64,000 nt of DNA. Origin: Acidobacteriota bacterium (GTDB lineage Bacteria > Acidobacteriota > UBA6911 > RPQK01 > JAJDTT01). This document shows, piece after piece, positions 20,001 through 30,246 of this stretch. The position numbers and the translations under genes were made by a program. The DNA lies in contig CBDCJH010000002.1 in the NCBI GenBank assembly GCA_965217775.1, positions 1,376,001-1,440,000 on the forward strand. The letters are read 5' to 3'. The notes under the pieces were generated by a model. That model searched no databases, was not told the origin of the DNA, and worked only from the letters and a program-made list of their open reading frames with translations. Numbering within the stretch: position 1 is the first letter of the stretch; each line of letters starts with the position of its first letter.

Positions 20001-20720
20001 GTGCTTGAGGCGCGGAGCCTCTGTAAGTCATATCGGAGCAGGGAGGTCGTCGGTGAAGTGAGCCTCACCATCTCATCGGGTGAGGTCGTGGGTCTGCTGG
20101 GCCCCAACGGCGCCGGAAAGACGACCACCTTCTACATGATTGTGGGATTGCTGGACCCCGACCGGGGTGAAGTCTTCCTGGACGGCGAGGACATTTCTCC
20201 GTTGCCCATGTACGTTCGGGCGCGAAGAGGGATCAGCTATCTTTCCCAGGAACCTTCCGTGTTTCGCAGGCTTTCGGTGGAGGACAATCTGTACGCCATC
20301 GCCGAAACCCTGGATCTCCCTCATGGTGAATCGGACCAGTTGGTCAGCGAATTGTTGGAAGAATTCGGCATCGCGGCATTGCGGGATCGTCCGGCCTACA
20401 CCCTTTCCGGCGGTGAGAGACGGCGTCTGGAAATTGCACGCGCGCTGGTCATCCGGCCCGATTTCATCCTGTTGGATGAGCCCTTCGCCGGAATCGATCC
20501 CATCGCCGTGTTGGATATCCAACGCATGGTCTCCCGACTCCAGGCGCGGAGAATAGGGGTGCTGATCACCGATCACAATGTTCGCGAAACGCTTCGGATC
20601 ACCGATCGGGCCTACATCATCACGGAGGGGAGAATCTTTCGATCAGGTACCCCGGATCTACTCTCCTCCGATCCGGACGTGCGCAAAGTTTACCTGGGAG
20701 ATCACTTCCAGCTATACTAA
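20001..20720 (+). CDS. lptB: LPS export ABC transporter ATPase
   Basis: [36 protein letters not shown] and [10 protein letters not shown]. Confidence 0.95.
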   Translation: MLEARSLCKSYRSREVVGEVSLTISSGEVVGLLGPNGAGKTTTFYMIVGLLDPDRGEVFLDGEDISPLPMYVRARRGISYLSQEPSVFRRLSVEDNLYAIAETLDLPHGESDQLVSELLEEFGIAALRDRPAYTLSGGERRRLEIARALVIRPDFILLDEPFAGIDPIAVLDIQRMVSRLQARRIGVLITDHNVRETLRITDRAYIITEGRIFRSGTPDLLSSDPDVRKVYLGDHFQLY

Positions 20721-20731
20721 TTTGGAGTGCC

Positions 20732-22177
20732 ATGAGTCGACGCGCTCAATTGAAACCCTCCCTGGTTCTTGGCTTGTCGCAACGGCTGGCCATCACTCCG
20801 TCGCTCCTCCAGAAGATCGAGCTGCTCTCCGTCAATCAGTTGGAACTCTCCGAGATCCTCCAGCAGGAGTTGGAAGAGAACCCCTTGTTGGATGAGATCT
20901 CGGATCACTTCGAAGCCGGACCGGAGGTTTCGGAACCGACCCATGAATCGGAGCAGGACGCGGGTCCGCTCGAAGAAGGAAGCCGTCTGGAGGACCTGGA
21001 CTTCGAATATTTCTTCGGAGATTACCTGGGTTCGAGTTACGAGCGGCAGGAGTTCGAACCCGTAGAACAGAAGGCTTCGTTCGAGCAGTTTCTCTCGTCC
21101 GCCGATTCTTTGTTGGATTACCTGAATTGGCAGTTGAATCTGAGTGGCATCGATTCGGACCTGCGAGAAATCGCCTATTTCATCGTGGGCAACCTGGACG
21201 AGGATGGCTACCTGACCCTCACCTTGGAGGAGATCTGCCAGCAGCTGCAGGTTTCTGCCCAGAGTGTCGATGCCGCGCTGGCGGCGGTTCAGGCCCTCGA
21301 CCCGGTGGGCATCGGGTGCCGGGACCTGCGCGAATGTCTTCTGCTACAGGCCAGAGCCGCAGGCCTGGAAGACTCTCTGGTCGGCGCGCTGATTCGGGAC
21401 TGCCTGCCGTTGATCGAAGCCAGAAATATCTCCGGAATACTGAATCGTCTGGCCTGCGACGCGAAGGATCTGTCCCGCGCTCTGGAGTTGATTCGAAGCT
21501 TTTCGCCGCGGCCGGGCCAGAAATATGCCGCTGCCAAACCCGTCTACGTCCGGCCGGACGTCCATATTCGAAAAGTAGAAGGCGAATACCAGGTCAGCCT
21601 CAACGACGATGGCTTGCCCAAGCTGAGAATCAACCGTTCCTACCGTAGGCTGCTTCGCAAGAACGGCGTCTCCAAGGAAACCAAGAGCTTCATCCGCGAG
21701 CGATTTCGGTCAGCCATCGAGTTGCTGCGAGGGGTGGATCAGCGGGAGAAGACCATCTTTCGAGTTTGCCGAGTGATCATCCGGCAGCAGCACGATTTCA
21801 TGGAAGCCGGCATTCGGAAGTTGAAGCCGTTGTTGATCAAGGATGTGGCCGATGAACTGGGGGTTCATCCGTCCACCATCAGTCGCGTCGTGGCCAACAA
21901 GTATGCTCACACCCCGCAGGGCGTGATGGAACTACGCCGATTCTTCTCCGTGGGCGTGGCGCACGCCAACGGAGAGAACGTTTCCACCATGCAGGTGAAG
22001 GACCGGCTCGGAACCCTGATCCGGCAAGAGGATCCCAAGAAGCCCTTGTCCGATCAGAAACTCACCAACCTGTTGAACCGGGATGGGATCCGTATTACCC
22101 GCCGCACCGTCGCCAAGTACCGGGATCAGATGAGAGTTCCCGGGTCGCTCGCCAGAAAGAAGGCGAATCTGTTGTAG
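20732..22177 (+). CDS. rpoN: RNA polymerase sigma-54 factor
   Basis: ELEENP, NLDEDGYL, H.STISR and the RpoN box RRTVAKYR. Confidence 0.96.
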   Translation: MSRRAQLKPSLVLGLSQRLAITPSLLQKIELLSVNQLELSEILQQELEENPLLDEISDHFEAGPEVSEPTHESEQDAGPLEEGSRLEDLDFEYFFGDYLGSSYERQEFEPVEQKASFEQFLSSADSLLDYLNWQLNLSGIDSDLREIAYFIVGNLDEDGYLTLTLEEICQQLQVSAQSVDAALAAVQALDPVGIGCRDLRECLLLQARAAGLEDSLVGALIRDCLPLIEARNISGILNRLACDAKDLSRALELIRSFSPRPGQKYAAAKPVYVRPDVHIRKVEGEYQVSLNDDGLPKLRINRSYRRLLRKNGVSKETKSFIRERFRSAIELLRGVDQREKTIFRVCRVIIRQQHDFMEAGIRKLKPLLIKDVADELGVHPSTISRVVANKYAHTPQGVMELRRFFSVGVAHANGENVSTMQVKDRLGTLIRQEDPKKPLSDQKLTNLLNRDGIRITRRTVAKYRDQMRVPGSLARKKANLL

Positions 22178-22334
22178 CAGTCCGTGGTGAAAGTCCCGCG
22201 AGCACCGAGACCGTTCCTGCGCCCGCCGGACCAGGCGCGATTCGGGTGCATACCGGGAGTATGTGCCCGAATCGCAACGCCGTCCGCCGGGATGCAGGGA
22301 CGGTCGAATGCCGGACGACTTTTGCCGCGGGCTG
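22178..22334 (+). mobile_element. MITE family A (157 bp) at the rpoN stop
   Basis: TIRs CAGTCCGTGGTGAAAGTC / GACTTTTGCCGCGGGCTG, flanked by GTAG and GTAA. Confidence 0.85.
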
Positions 22335-22380
22335 GTAACCCTCAATTCCCACCGGGAGGGCCGCAGGCGAGGCGTGAACC

Positions 22381-23373
22381 ATGCAGAATCATTCCGTGCC
22401 CTCGGTGACCGTTCGACAGTTCCACGAGTCCATGGATCCGACCCTGAACCTGGCACTGGCCTCCAGCGCGGCCGGGTTGGACAACTCCATCACGTCTCCC
22501 AGAATTCAGAAGTTGGGCTTGGCCCTTTCCGGATACACGCGCTATCTGCACCGGGGACGAGTGCAGTTCGTCGGCCGCACCGAGATCTACTACATGGAGG
22601 AGTTGTCCCCGGAGCACCGCCGGAAGGTTTTTGCCGACGCCTTCGACGTCGGACTCTGTTGCGTCCTGGTGACGACCGGATTGGCGCCGCCACCGGATTT
22701 TTTGGCCGAGGCGGAGAAGACGGCGACTCCGGTCCTCACGACTACGGCGCTCAGCTCCCAGGCCATCGTTGAGGTCACAGCGAATCTGCAGGAGCATCTG
22801 GCCCTCACCCAGACCATCCATGGGGTTCTGGTGGAACTCCTGGGACTTGGGGTGCTGCTGGTGGGGGAGTCGGGAATCGGAAAGAGTGAATGTGCGCTGG
22901 ACCTGATCCTGAGGGGCCACCGTCTGGTCACCGACGATCTGGTCGTATTGAAGAGGTATTCGGGCGACAGCCTGGTGGGGTCCGGTCCTCCGGATGCGCC
23001 CTTCCACATGGAACTGAGGGGCTTGGGCATCATCAACGTCAGGGATCTGTTCGGGATCTCCGTGCTGAGCCCCGCACGTCCCGTCGACCTGGTGATCCAA
23101 CTGGAAAAATGGCCGGAGCGGGAGACCCGGGACCGTTTGGGACTGGAGGAAGAGAAGTATCGCGTACTGGGAGTGGATCTTCCGTTGATCACGATTCCGG
23201 TGGCGCCCGGACGGAACCTGGCGACCCTGGTGGAGGTGGCCGTCAGAATCCAGAAATTGAAGATGCAAGGATATAATCCCGCGCTGGAGTCGATTCGCTT
23301 TCTGGAAAGGCGTATTCAAGTACCCTGGGATCGAGGAGAGCAACCCCGAGCGGGGGATCGAGACAATGAATGA
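22381..23373 (+). CDS. hprK: HPr(Ser) kinase/phosphorylase
   Basis: HGVLV, GESGIGKSECALDL, LV.DD, MELRGLGIINV and PV.PGRNL. Confidence 0.95.
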   Translation: MQNHSVPSVTVRQFHESMDPTLNLALASSAAGLDNSITSPRIQKLGLALSGYTRYLHRGRVQFVGRTEIYYMEELSPEHRRKVFADAFDVGLCCVLVTTGLAPPPDFLAEAEKTATPVLTTTALSSQAIVEVTANLQEHLALTQTIHGVLVELLGLGVLLVGESGIGKSECALDLILRGHRLVTDDLVVLKRYSGDSLVGSGPPDAPFHMELRGLGIINVRDLFGISVLSPARPVDLVIQLEKWPERETRDRLGLEEEKYRVLGVDLPLITIPVAPGRNLATLVEVAVRIQKLKMQGYNPALESIRFLERRIQVPWDRGEQPRAGDRDNE

Positions 23374-23785
23374 CACGGGTCGGCCCCATATCGGAGGACT
23401 GGTCGTCACTCACGGGAGACTGGGCCATGAACTGGTCGCCGCCGCGGAGATGATCGTCGGAGAGATTCCCCACATCCTGCCGGTCTCCATTGGGTGGCAC
23501 GACGACGTGGATCGGTCCCGGGAGGAGATCGAGGAAGCCATCAGCACCCTGGACCGTGGCGGCGGAGTCATCATTCTGACGGACATGTTCGGAGGGACGC
23601 CATCCAATCTCACCCTCGCCTGGTTGAAGAAGGGAGCGGTGGAAATCGTCACTGGGGTCAACCTTCCCATGATCATCAAGTTGGCCAATCAGACGGGGAA
23701 GGAGGACGTGAGCGAACTCGCGCGCCGGGTCCTGGAACAGGGGCAGAAACACATCGCGTTGGCCAGCGGGTTGCTGGGGGAATGA
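23366..23785 (+). CDS. PTS EIIA component, mannose/fructose family
   Basis: VVTHG, LTDMFGGTPSN and GVNLPM. Confidence 0.92.
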   Translation: MNDTGRPHIGGLVVTHGRLGHELVAAAEMIVGEIPHILPVSIGWHDDVDRSREEIEEAISTLDRGGGVIILTDMFGGTPSNLTLAWLKKGAVEIVTGVNLPMIIKLANQTGKEDVSELARRVLEQGQKHIALASGLLGE

Positions 23786-24057
23786 TGCGGCGGGTCGTGC
23801 AGATCCGGAATCGTCTGGGGTTGCACGCTCGGGCGGCGGCCAAGCTGGTGAAAACGGCGTCCCGCTATGACAGCGACGTCAAGCTCTCACGGGTCGGTGG
23901 GTCCCAGCAGATCGACGGCAAGAGCATTCTGGGCATTCTCTTGTTGGCCGCCTCCTACGGCACCGAGCTGGAATTCACGGTTCGCGGGTCCGACGAGATC
24001 GAGGCCGCCGAGGCCATAGAGAGTCTGGTCAGGAACCGCTTTGGTGAGAAGAAGTGA
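23782..24057 (+). CDS. ptsH: Phosphocarrier protein HPr
   Basis: GLHARAA (His15) and KSILG (Ser46). True start 23782. Confidence 0.93.
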   Translation: MMRRVVQIRNRLGLHARAAAKLVKTASRYDSDVKLSRVGGSQQIDGKSILGILLLAASYGTELEFTVRGSDEIEAAEAIESLVRNRFGEKK

Positions 24058-24128
24058 AATCGCAGGGGTGATCAACGGGATTCGCTCCTGATAGGAAGAC
24101 CCGGGTCTTTGCTGTATTTTTGAGGGAC

Positions 24129-25928
24129 ATGGTGGAGAAGCTGCAACCCAACGAATCCGGCCGGAGACTGGTGGGCACACCCCTCTCTCCGGGAATCGGA
24201 GCTGGAAGAGCGTATCGGATCGAGCAACATGTGCCGGACTTCCATCGGCTACATCTTTCTCCGGCCGAAGCGCCGCGCGAGTTGGAGAGGCTGCAGGAAG
24301 CCCTGGCCAAGTCCCGAGACCAGTTGGTACGGATCAAGGAACGATTCGAGCAACAACTGGGCAAGGAACACTCCTACATCATCGATGCCCATCGGCTGAT
24401 CCTTGAAGATCAGGAATTCCTGGACCAGATCCGATCCAAGATCAGGGATCATCTGTACGGTCCCGAGCGGGCCGTCTGGGAGGCTACTGAGGAGTGGCTG
24501 GCCGTGTACCGCACTTTGACCGACCCCTTTTTCCGGGACCGTGGATCGGATCTGGAAGAAGTCGCGCGGAGGGTTGTTGCCAACCTGGGTGAATCCGGGC
24601 CGCCCCGCAGGGAGGAAGAACCATCCGAAGACCTGATCCTCGTGGGCTCGGAAATCGGACTCTCGGATCTGGCCAGTTTTCGTCTGAGCCAGGTCAAGGG
24701 ACTGGTCTCGATGCGCGGGGGACAGACCTCGCATATCACCATCATCGCCCGGGTGCACCGTATTCCGGCCGTATCCGGCGTTCGGGAGGTCGAGGGAACC
24801 ATTCGGACGGGTGATGAAATGATCGTCGACGGTTCCGAAGGTACCGTTCTGGTTCAGCCGTCGGCGGGAGAGCGCCACAATTTCCAGGTGTTGCTGCGGC
24901 AGGAGCAACGTCGGAGTTCCCAGTTGGAGGGGGATTCCAGACCGTCCCGTACGGCTGACGGGAGGGTGGTCTCGGTGCTCGCCAACACCGACATGGAAGA
25001 CGAAGCCACTGTCGCCTTCGGCCTGGGTGCGGAGGGTATCGGACTCTTTCGTTCCGAGTTCGTGTACATGGGTGAAAGGAGTGGTCCCGTCCGGTTCGAA
25101 GAGCAATTGACCATCTATCGGCGGTTGGCCCGATTGACCGGGCGGCGACCGGCCGTGATCCGGACTTTGGACATGGGAACGGAAGATCACCCTTACTTCA
25201 GCCGGCTGGCGGGCGGTGGACCGGTGTTGGGCCTCCGGGGAATTCGATTGAGTCTGGACCAACCCCATCTTTTTCGAGCCCAGGTGCGAGCCATTGTCAG
25301 TGCCCGTACGGAGGGAAACCTGCGGATTCTGCTCCCCATGATCTCGAGTGCGGACGAATTGGTCACCGCCCGCGAGTTGATTCGGGAAGTGGAGCGGGAG
25401 GTGTCCGAAGCAACGGGCATCGAGCCGGAATCGCCGATCCAGGTCGGCGCCATGATCGAGGTCCCTTCGGCAGTACTGGTTCTGGACGGAATCTGCCGGC
25501 ATGCCGATTTCGTGTCGGTGGGCAGCAATGATCTGATCCAGTTCACTCTGGCGGTGGACCGATCCAGCGACCTGCTGTCACCCCTTTTCAACCCCCTCCA
25601 CCCGGCCATCCTGAAGAGCCTGGAACGGGTTGCCCGCGTCGCGTCGGAGAACCGCATTCCCGCCTACGTCTGTGGCGAGGTCGCCGCGCAGCCACTCTAC
25701 GCGTACCTGCTCATCGGTATGGGTTTCCAACGGCTTTCCATGAATCCGTTCTCCATTCCGACGGTGAAGAAACGAATTCGAGAGATGGTCTACGAGGAAG
25801 CAAGGGAGCGAATTCGGGAGCTGTTGGAGTTCTCTACGATTCAAGAAGTCGAGAGCTTCGTAAAACGAGAGATGCCGTCGTGGGAAACCGTCGGGCAGGG
25901 ATCGGGATCCCGGTTCGTGAAGAGCTGA
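24129..25928 (+). CDS. ptsI: PTS enzyme I
   Basis: GGQTSH..I.AR, GIGLFRSEF, RTLD.G, LGLRGIR, MIEVP, S.GSNDLIQ and CGE. Confidence 0.94.
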   Translation: MVEKLQPNESGRRLVGTPLSPGIGAGRAYRIEQHVPDFHRLHLSPAEAPRELERLQEALAKSRDQLVRIKERFEQQLGKEHSYIIDAHRLILEDQEFLDQIRSKIRDHLYGPERAVWEATEEWLAVYRTLTDPFFRDRGSDLEEVARRVVANLGESGPPRREEEPSEDLILVGSEIGLSDLASFRLSQVKGLVSMRGGQTSHITIIARVHRIPAVSGVREVEGTIRTGDEMIVDGSEGTVLVQPSAGERHNFQVLLRQEQRRSSQLEGDSRPSRTADGRVVSVLANTDMEDEATVAFGLGAEGIGLFRSEFVYMGERSGPVRFEEQLTIYRRLARLTGRRPAVIRTLDMGTEDHPYFSRLAGGGPVLGLRGIRLSLDQPHLFRAQVRAIVSARTEGNLRILLPMISSADELVTARELIREVEREVSEATGIEPESPIQVGAMIEVPSAVLVLDGICRHADFVSVGSNDLIQFTLAVDRSSDLLSPLFNPLHPAILKSLERVARVASENRIPAYVCGEVAAQPLYAYLLIGMGFQRLSMNPFSIPTVKKRIREMVYEEARERIRELLEFSTIQEVESFVKREMPSWETVGQGSGSRFVKS

Positions 25929-25986
25929 CCTCCCCGGATCATGACCGGTGCCGAATGGGGGTGAAACCACTTGGCGGTGAATCGCC

Positions 25987-26538
25987 ATGACCTCAGCAAA
26001 CCTGCTCACGTTGCTTCGCATCCTCTCGGTTCCGGTTTTTCTGGCGCTGGTGGTTTCCGGCGCCGTCGGAACCGCCCTGTTGGTTTTCCTTCTGGCCGGG
26101 GCGACGGATCTGTTGGACGGGCTGATCGCCCGGAAATTCGGGCAGCGGACCTCTTTGGGGAGGTTCCTCGATCCCCTGGCCGACAAATTCCTGATGGTCG
26201 GGGCTCTCGTCGTGCTCTCACTGGAGAACCCGGCTCTGGAGGTCCAAATACCCCAATGGTTGACCCTGTCGGTGGTGGCCCGGGACCTGCTTTTGGGAAT
26301 TGGCGCGCTCTCGACCTACGTCTTCACCGGCGCCAAGTCGTTTCCGCCGTCCCTCTTGGGAAAGTTGTCCACACTTGCCCAGTTCACGATCATCCTGGCG
26401 GTCCTGGTGGACAACCTGATCCCGTGGCGACTGCCGTTTCACAGCAGTCTTTTCGGTCTCACGGCGCTGCTGACGGTGGGCAGCGGTTTCCAGTACCTGG
26501 TCCGCGGCGCACGGATCTTTGCCTGTAATCGGGGATGA
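25987..26538 (+). CDS. CDP-alcohol phosphatidyltransferase (PgsA-like)
   Basis: ANLLT..R and D..DG..AR.....T.LG..LDP.ADK. Confidence 0.88.
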   Translation: MTSANLLTLLRILSVPVFLALVVSGAVGTALLVFLLAGATDLLDGLIARKFGQRTSLGRFLDPLADKFLMVGALVVLSLENPALEVQIPQWLTLSVVARDLLLGIGALSTYVFTGAKSFPPSLLGKLSTLAQFTIILAVLVDNLIPWRLPFHSSLFGLTALLTVGSGFQYLVRGARIFACNRG

Positions 26539-26573
26539 ATCGTCTGCATTTGGGGAGTTGAATCAGATTCGTC

Positions 26574-27356
26574 ATGGAATTCCGCAACCTGAGGTTGGAA
26601 ATCGATTCGGGAGGAGTGGCCGAGCTCACCCTGGAACGGCCGGAGGTCCTGAACGCGTTGAACCAGGAAACGATTCGGGAGCTGGAGACGGCCTTCCGTT
26701 CCCTGGAGCGGAAGAAGGAAGTCCGCGTGGTGCTCCTCGCCGGCGGCGGGGCGGCGTTTTCCGCCGGGGCGGACATCCCTGAGGTGCACCGGTTGGACGC
26801 CGAGACCGCGCAGGCTTTCTCACGCCGGGGACATGCCGTCCTGAATCGAATCGAAGACGGCCCCAAACCGGTTGTGGCCGCATTGCGGGGCTTCTGCCTT
26901 GGCGGGGGCTGCGAACTCGCGCTGGCGTGTCATATTCGGATTGCGGCGACGGATGCTCGAATCGGATTGCCTGAAGTGAAGCTGGGCATCATTCCCGGCT
27001 ATGGCGGCACGCAGCGTCTGGCCCGGACCGTGGGGCGTTCCAAGGCCCTCGAGTTGTTGCTCTGCGGCCGGACCATGACCGCCCAGGAGGCCTTGCAGAC
27101 CGGTCTGGTGACTCTCGTGGTGGAACCGGACGAGCTGCTGCCCACCTGCAGAGCACTGGCGTCAAGGATCGCCGGGCTGGCGCCTTTGGCTGTAAGGTAC
27201 TGCTTCGAGGCCGTCAATCGGGGGTACGATCTGCCTTTGCAAGCCGGGCTTGCCCTGGAGACGGCCCTCTTCGGGCTGGCGTCGGGCACGGATGACATGA
27301 AGGAGGGGACCCGGGCCTTCATGGAAAAAAGAAAGGCCCGTTTCAAGGGCCGGTGA
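26574..27356 (+). CDS. Enoyl-CoA hydratase/crotonase
   Basis: RPEVLNAL, FSAGADI, GGGCELALAC and PEVKLGIIPGYGGTQRL. Confidence 0.9.
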   Translation: MEFRNLRLEIDSGGVAELTLERPEVLNALNQETIRELETAFRSLERKKEVRVVLLAGGGAAFSAGADIPEVHRLDAETAQAFSRRGHAVLNRIEDGPKPVVAALRGFCLGGGCELALACHIRIAATDARIGLPEVKLGIIPGYGGTQRLARTVGRSKALELLLCGRTMTAQEALQTGLVTLVVEPDELLPTCRALASRIAGLAPLAVRYCFEAVNRGYDLPLQAGLALETALFGLASGTDDMKEGTRAFMEKRKARFKGR

Positions 27357-27370
27357 AGCCGAAAGCCTGG

Positions 27371-27530
27371 CCGCCCGTGGCAAGAGTCATCACGGCATTC
27401 GACCGGGTCTGCATCGTGCGCGGACTGCGTTGCTCCTCGGTCACATACTCCAGGTATGCTCCCTCAGAGCGCCTTGTCCGGCGGGCGCAGCCCCGGTCCC
27501 GGTGCTGCGTGAGACTTTCACCACGGACGG
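27371..27530 (-). mobile_element. MITE family A, diverged copy (160 bp)
   Basis: CCGCCCGTGGCAAGAGTC...GACTTTCACCACGGACGG, flanked by CTGG and CTAG. Confidence 0.8.
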
Positions 27531-27566
27531 CTAGTCGTAGTAGACTGGGGTTTGGGAGAAACGAAC

Positions 27567-28040
27567 GTGAAGGAAATCACAGGACGTTTGGATGGCGCGG
27601 ATCTCAGGATCGGCGTGGTTGTCAGCCGCTTCAACGAGTTGGTCACCGATCGGCTTCTGAAGGGGGCGTTGGACCTGCTCGACCGGCTCGGAGTCCCGGA
27701 TGCGGGTGTGACCGTCGTTCACGTGCCTGGGAGCTTCGAAATCCCTTTTGCCGCCCGGAAACTGGCTTCCGCCGGGATCTGCGACGCGGTCGTCTGCCTC
27801 GGGACCCTGATTCGGGGAGAGACGGACCATTACGAGTACCTGGCTTCGCATGTGACCGGAGCCCTTTCGCGATTGGCGCTGGAGCAGGGCGTCCCCATCA
27901 CCTACGGCCTGATCACGGCGGATACCACGGAACAAGCCATCAATCGAGCCGGATTGAAGCATGGCAACAAGGGGGCGGAGGCGGCGTCCGCAGCCGTGGA
28001 AATGGCTGACCTGGCTCGTCAGAAGCTGGCGGACGGCTGA
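27567..28040 (+). CDS. ribH: 6,7-dimethyl-8-ribityllumazine synthase
   Basis: SRFN, VPGSFEIP, IRGETDHY, EQA..RAG and NKG.EAA. Confidence 0.95.
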   Translation: MKEITGRLDGADLRIGVVVSRFNELVTDRLLKGALDLLDRLGVPDAGVTVVHVPGSFEIPFAARKLASAGICDAVVCLGTLIRGETDHYEYLASHVTGALSRLALEQGVPITYGLITADTTEQAINRAGLKHGNKGAEAASAAVEMADLARQKLADG

Positions 28041-28179
28041 TGCGCCCGGTGGACACGGGGAAGGGATACCCCTGTTGGCCTCCCGTTCCGTCGCTCAGAC
28101 CGGGGATGGCCTCCCGCGCGGTGCGAGACGATCAATCCCACTGCCTGGTGGGACCACTCCCCTCGTTCAGTAGATCGAT

Positions 28180-28599
28180 ATGAGCAGAAGGAGGGCCCGT
28201 GAATACGCCCTGCAGATGCTCTATCAGCAGGAGGTGACCCGGGACCCGGGCTCAGTAGTGGAGAGGTCCTTCTGGGACGCACATGCCGCGGCTGCAGCAG
28301 AGGTCCGCAGCTTCGCACGTCACCTGTTCGGGAAATCGCTTCAAGACCGGAGCAGAATCGACGCCCTGATCCGGCGCCATTGCGACAACTGGAGATTGAG
28401 GAGGATTTCGGCAGTCGATCGAAACGTGCTGCGCATGGGAATCGCGGAGTTCCTCTTCTTGGACACGCCCAAGGTGGTGGTTATCAGCGAGGCCATCGAG
28501 ATCGCACGAAAATTTGGGACCGAGCGATCGGCGGATTTCGTGAACGGTATCCTGGATGCCGTTCGGAAGGAACTGGACGGGGAAAGGGAGACCGGTTGA
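28180..28599 (+). CDS. nusB: Transcription antitermination factor NusB
   Basis: RRRARE.ALQ.LY, W...R...VDR..LR, EAIEIA.KF and FVNGILD. Confidence 0.95.
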   Translation: MSRRRAREYALQMLYQQEVTRDPGSVVERSFWDAHAAAAAEVRSFARHLFGKSLQDRSRIDALIRRHCDNWRLRRISAVDRNVLRMGIAEFLFLDTPKVVVISEAIEIARKFGTERSADFVNGILDAVRKELDGERETG

Positions 28600-28660
28600 G
28601 GAGAGAGATGACGCACGCGGCGGGCCACGCAGAGGGGACCGGGGATTGGGGAGCGGCAAG

Positions 28661-30178
28661 ATGAGTTCCGGAAGCGAACTGCTCAACCGGCGGCTGGAGA
28701 AGCTGCGGAGCATACGGGCCGGCGGCTATGAACCCTATCCCGCCAACTACGACCTGACCCACGAAATTCCCTGGATTCTGGAGAGCTTCTCCCACCTGGA
28801 GGCGGCTGATCTGGAGGCCGCGCGGCAGAGAGTTCGAACTGCCGGCCGCATGGTCTCGATTCGGGGCCATGGCAAGGTCAGCTTCGCCCACTTGAGCCAG
28901 GGTGGAGGCCGGCTCCAGATCTACGTGCGGCGGGATCGGGTGGGACCCGGGGAACACGATCTGTTCCGGTTGCTGGACATCGGGGACTTTCTGGGGGTGG
29001 AGGGGGAGTTGCTGCGGACCCGTACGGGAGAATTGACCGTCTTCGCCGATTCGGTACAGTTGTTGTCCAAGTCGGTCCGGCCCCTTCCCGAGAAGTGGCA
29101 CGGCCTGGCCGACGTGGAAGTGCGTTACCGGCAACGCTATCTGGACTTGATGGCCAACCCGTGCGTGCGGTCCGTATTCGTCCGCCGCAACCGGATCATC
29201 TCGTTCCTCCGCCGCTTTCTCGAGGCCAGGGGGTTCCTGGAGGTGGAAACCCCCATGATGCAGGTCCTGGCGGGAGGTGCGACGGCCCGGCCCTTCAGGA
29301 CCTATCACGAAGCGCTGGGAATCCCGCTGTATCTGAGGATCGCGCCGGAGCTCTACCTCAAACGCCTCGTGGTGGGGGGGTTGGATCGGGTGTTCGAAAT
29401 CAACCGGAATTTTCGAAACGAGGGCGTGTCCACCCGTCACAATCCCGAGTTCACCATGTTGGAGTTCTACCAGGCCTACAGCGACTACGGCGATCTGATG
29501 GATCTGACGGAAGAGATGTTGGGGGGGCTGGTCCGGGAGGTCTGCGCAGGATTGGAAGTGGAGTACGGACCGGCGACCATCGACTTCTCCTCGTTTCAAC
29601 GGTACAGCATGGTGGATGCGATTCGTCATTTCTGGCCCGGGCCACAGGCTCCCTCGGCCGAGAACCTGATGGACTCCACCGGGCTGAAAACTCTGCTACG
29701 TGGACAGAACCTGGAAGCACCGGCGGGGTCGAGTTGGGATCGCATGCTGGGACTGCTGTTCGAGACGGTGGCCGAAAAGCACTTGATCCAACCCACGTTC
29801 ATCTATGATTTCCCGGCGCAGCTGTCCCCGCTCTCCAAGCGGAAAGCCGATGACCCGCGATTCACGGAGCGTTTCGAGCTGTTCGCCGGAGGTCTGGAGC
29901 TGGCCAACGCCTACAGCGAGTTGAACGATCCGGAAGAGCAGAGGCAGCGATTCCGGGAGCAGCTGATCGATCGGGAGCAGGGAAACGACGAGGCCCACGA
30001 GATGGACGAGGACTATGTTCGGGCCCTCGAGTACGGAATGCCGCCGGTCGCCGGCGAGGGAATCGGCATCGATCGGCTTGCCATGCTGCTGACCAACTCC
30101 CCCTCCATCCGGGAAGTGATTCTCTTTCCCCATCTCCGTCCGTCCCGAAGGGAAAGAGGCTCGCGGGATGAAGAGTGA
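28661..30178 (+). CDS. lysS: Lysine--tRNA ligase (class II)
   Basis: RYRQRYLDL, YLRIAPELYLKRL, FRNEG, HNPEFTMLEFY and GIGIDRL. Confidence 0.96.
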   Translation: MSSGSELLNRRLEKLRSIRAGGYEPYPANYDLTHEIPWILESFSHLEAADLEAARQRVRTAGRMVSIRGHGKVSFAHLSQGGGRLQIYVRRDRVGPGEHDLFRLLDIGDFLGVEGELLRTRTGELTVFADSVQLLSKSVRPLPEKWHGLADVEVRYRQRYLDLMANPCVRSVFVRRNRIISFLRRFLEARGFLEVETPMMQVLAGGATARPFRTYHEALGIPLYLRIAPELYLKRLVVGGLDRVFEINRNFRNEGVSTRHNPEFTMLEFYQAYSDYGDLMDLTEEMLGGLVREVCAGLEVEYGPATIDFSSFQRYSMVDAIRHFWPGPQAPSAENLMDSTGLKTLLRGQNLEAPAGSSWDRMLGLLFETVAEKHLIQPTFIYDFPAQLSPLSKRKADDPRFTERFELFAGGLELANAYSELNDPEEQRQRFREQLIDREQGNDEAHEMDEDYVRALEYGMPPVAGEGIGIDRLAMLLTNSPSIREVILFPHLRPSRRERGSRDEE

Positions 30179-30246
30179 GAGGCAGGGCGTTGGCCGGGTT
30201 GTGCTCATTCGGAGTCGGTGAAAAGGCGACGAAAAAAGGGGCGTGA

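Noticed and set aside
27357-27566. FMN riboswitch upstream of ribH
   Set aside because: No RFN consensus was seen. The structured sequence is a MITE family A copy.
28041-28179. Unusually long ribH-nusB spacer with a small hairpin (TCCCAC-TGCCTG-GTGGGA)
   Set aside because: It is single-copy in the window with no recognisable RNA motif or ORF, so the evidence is insufficient.
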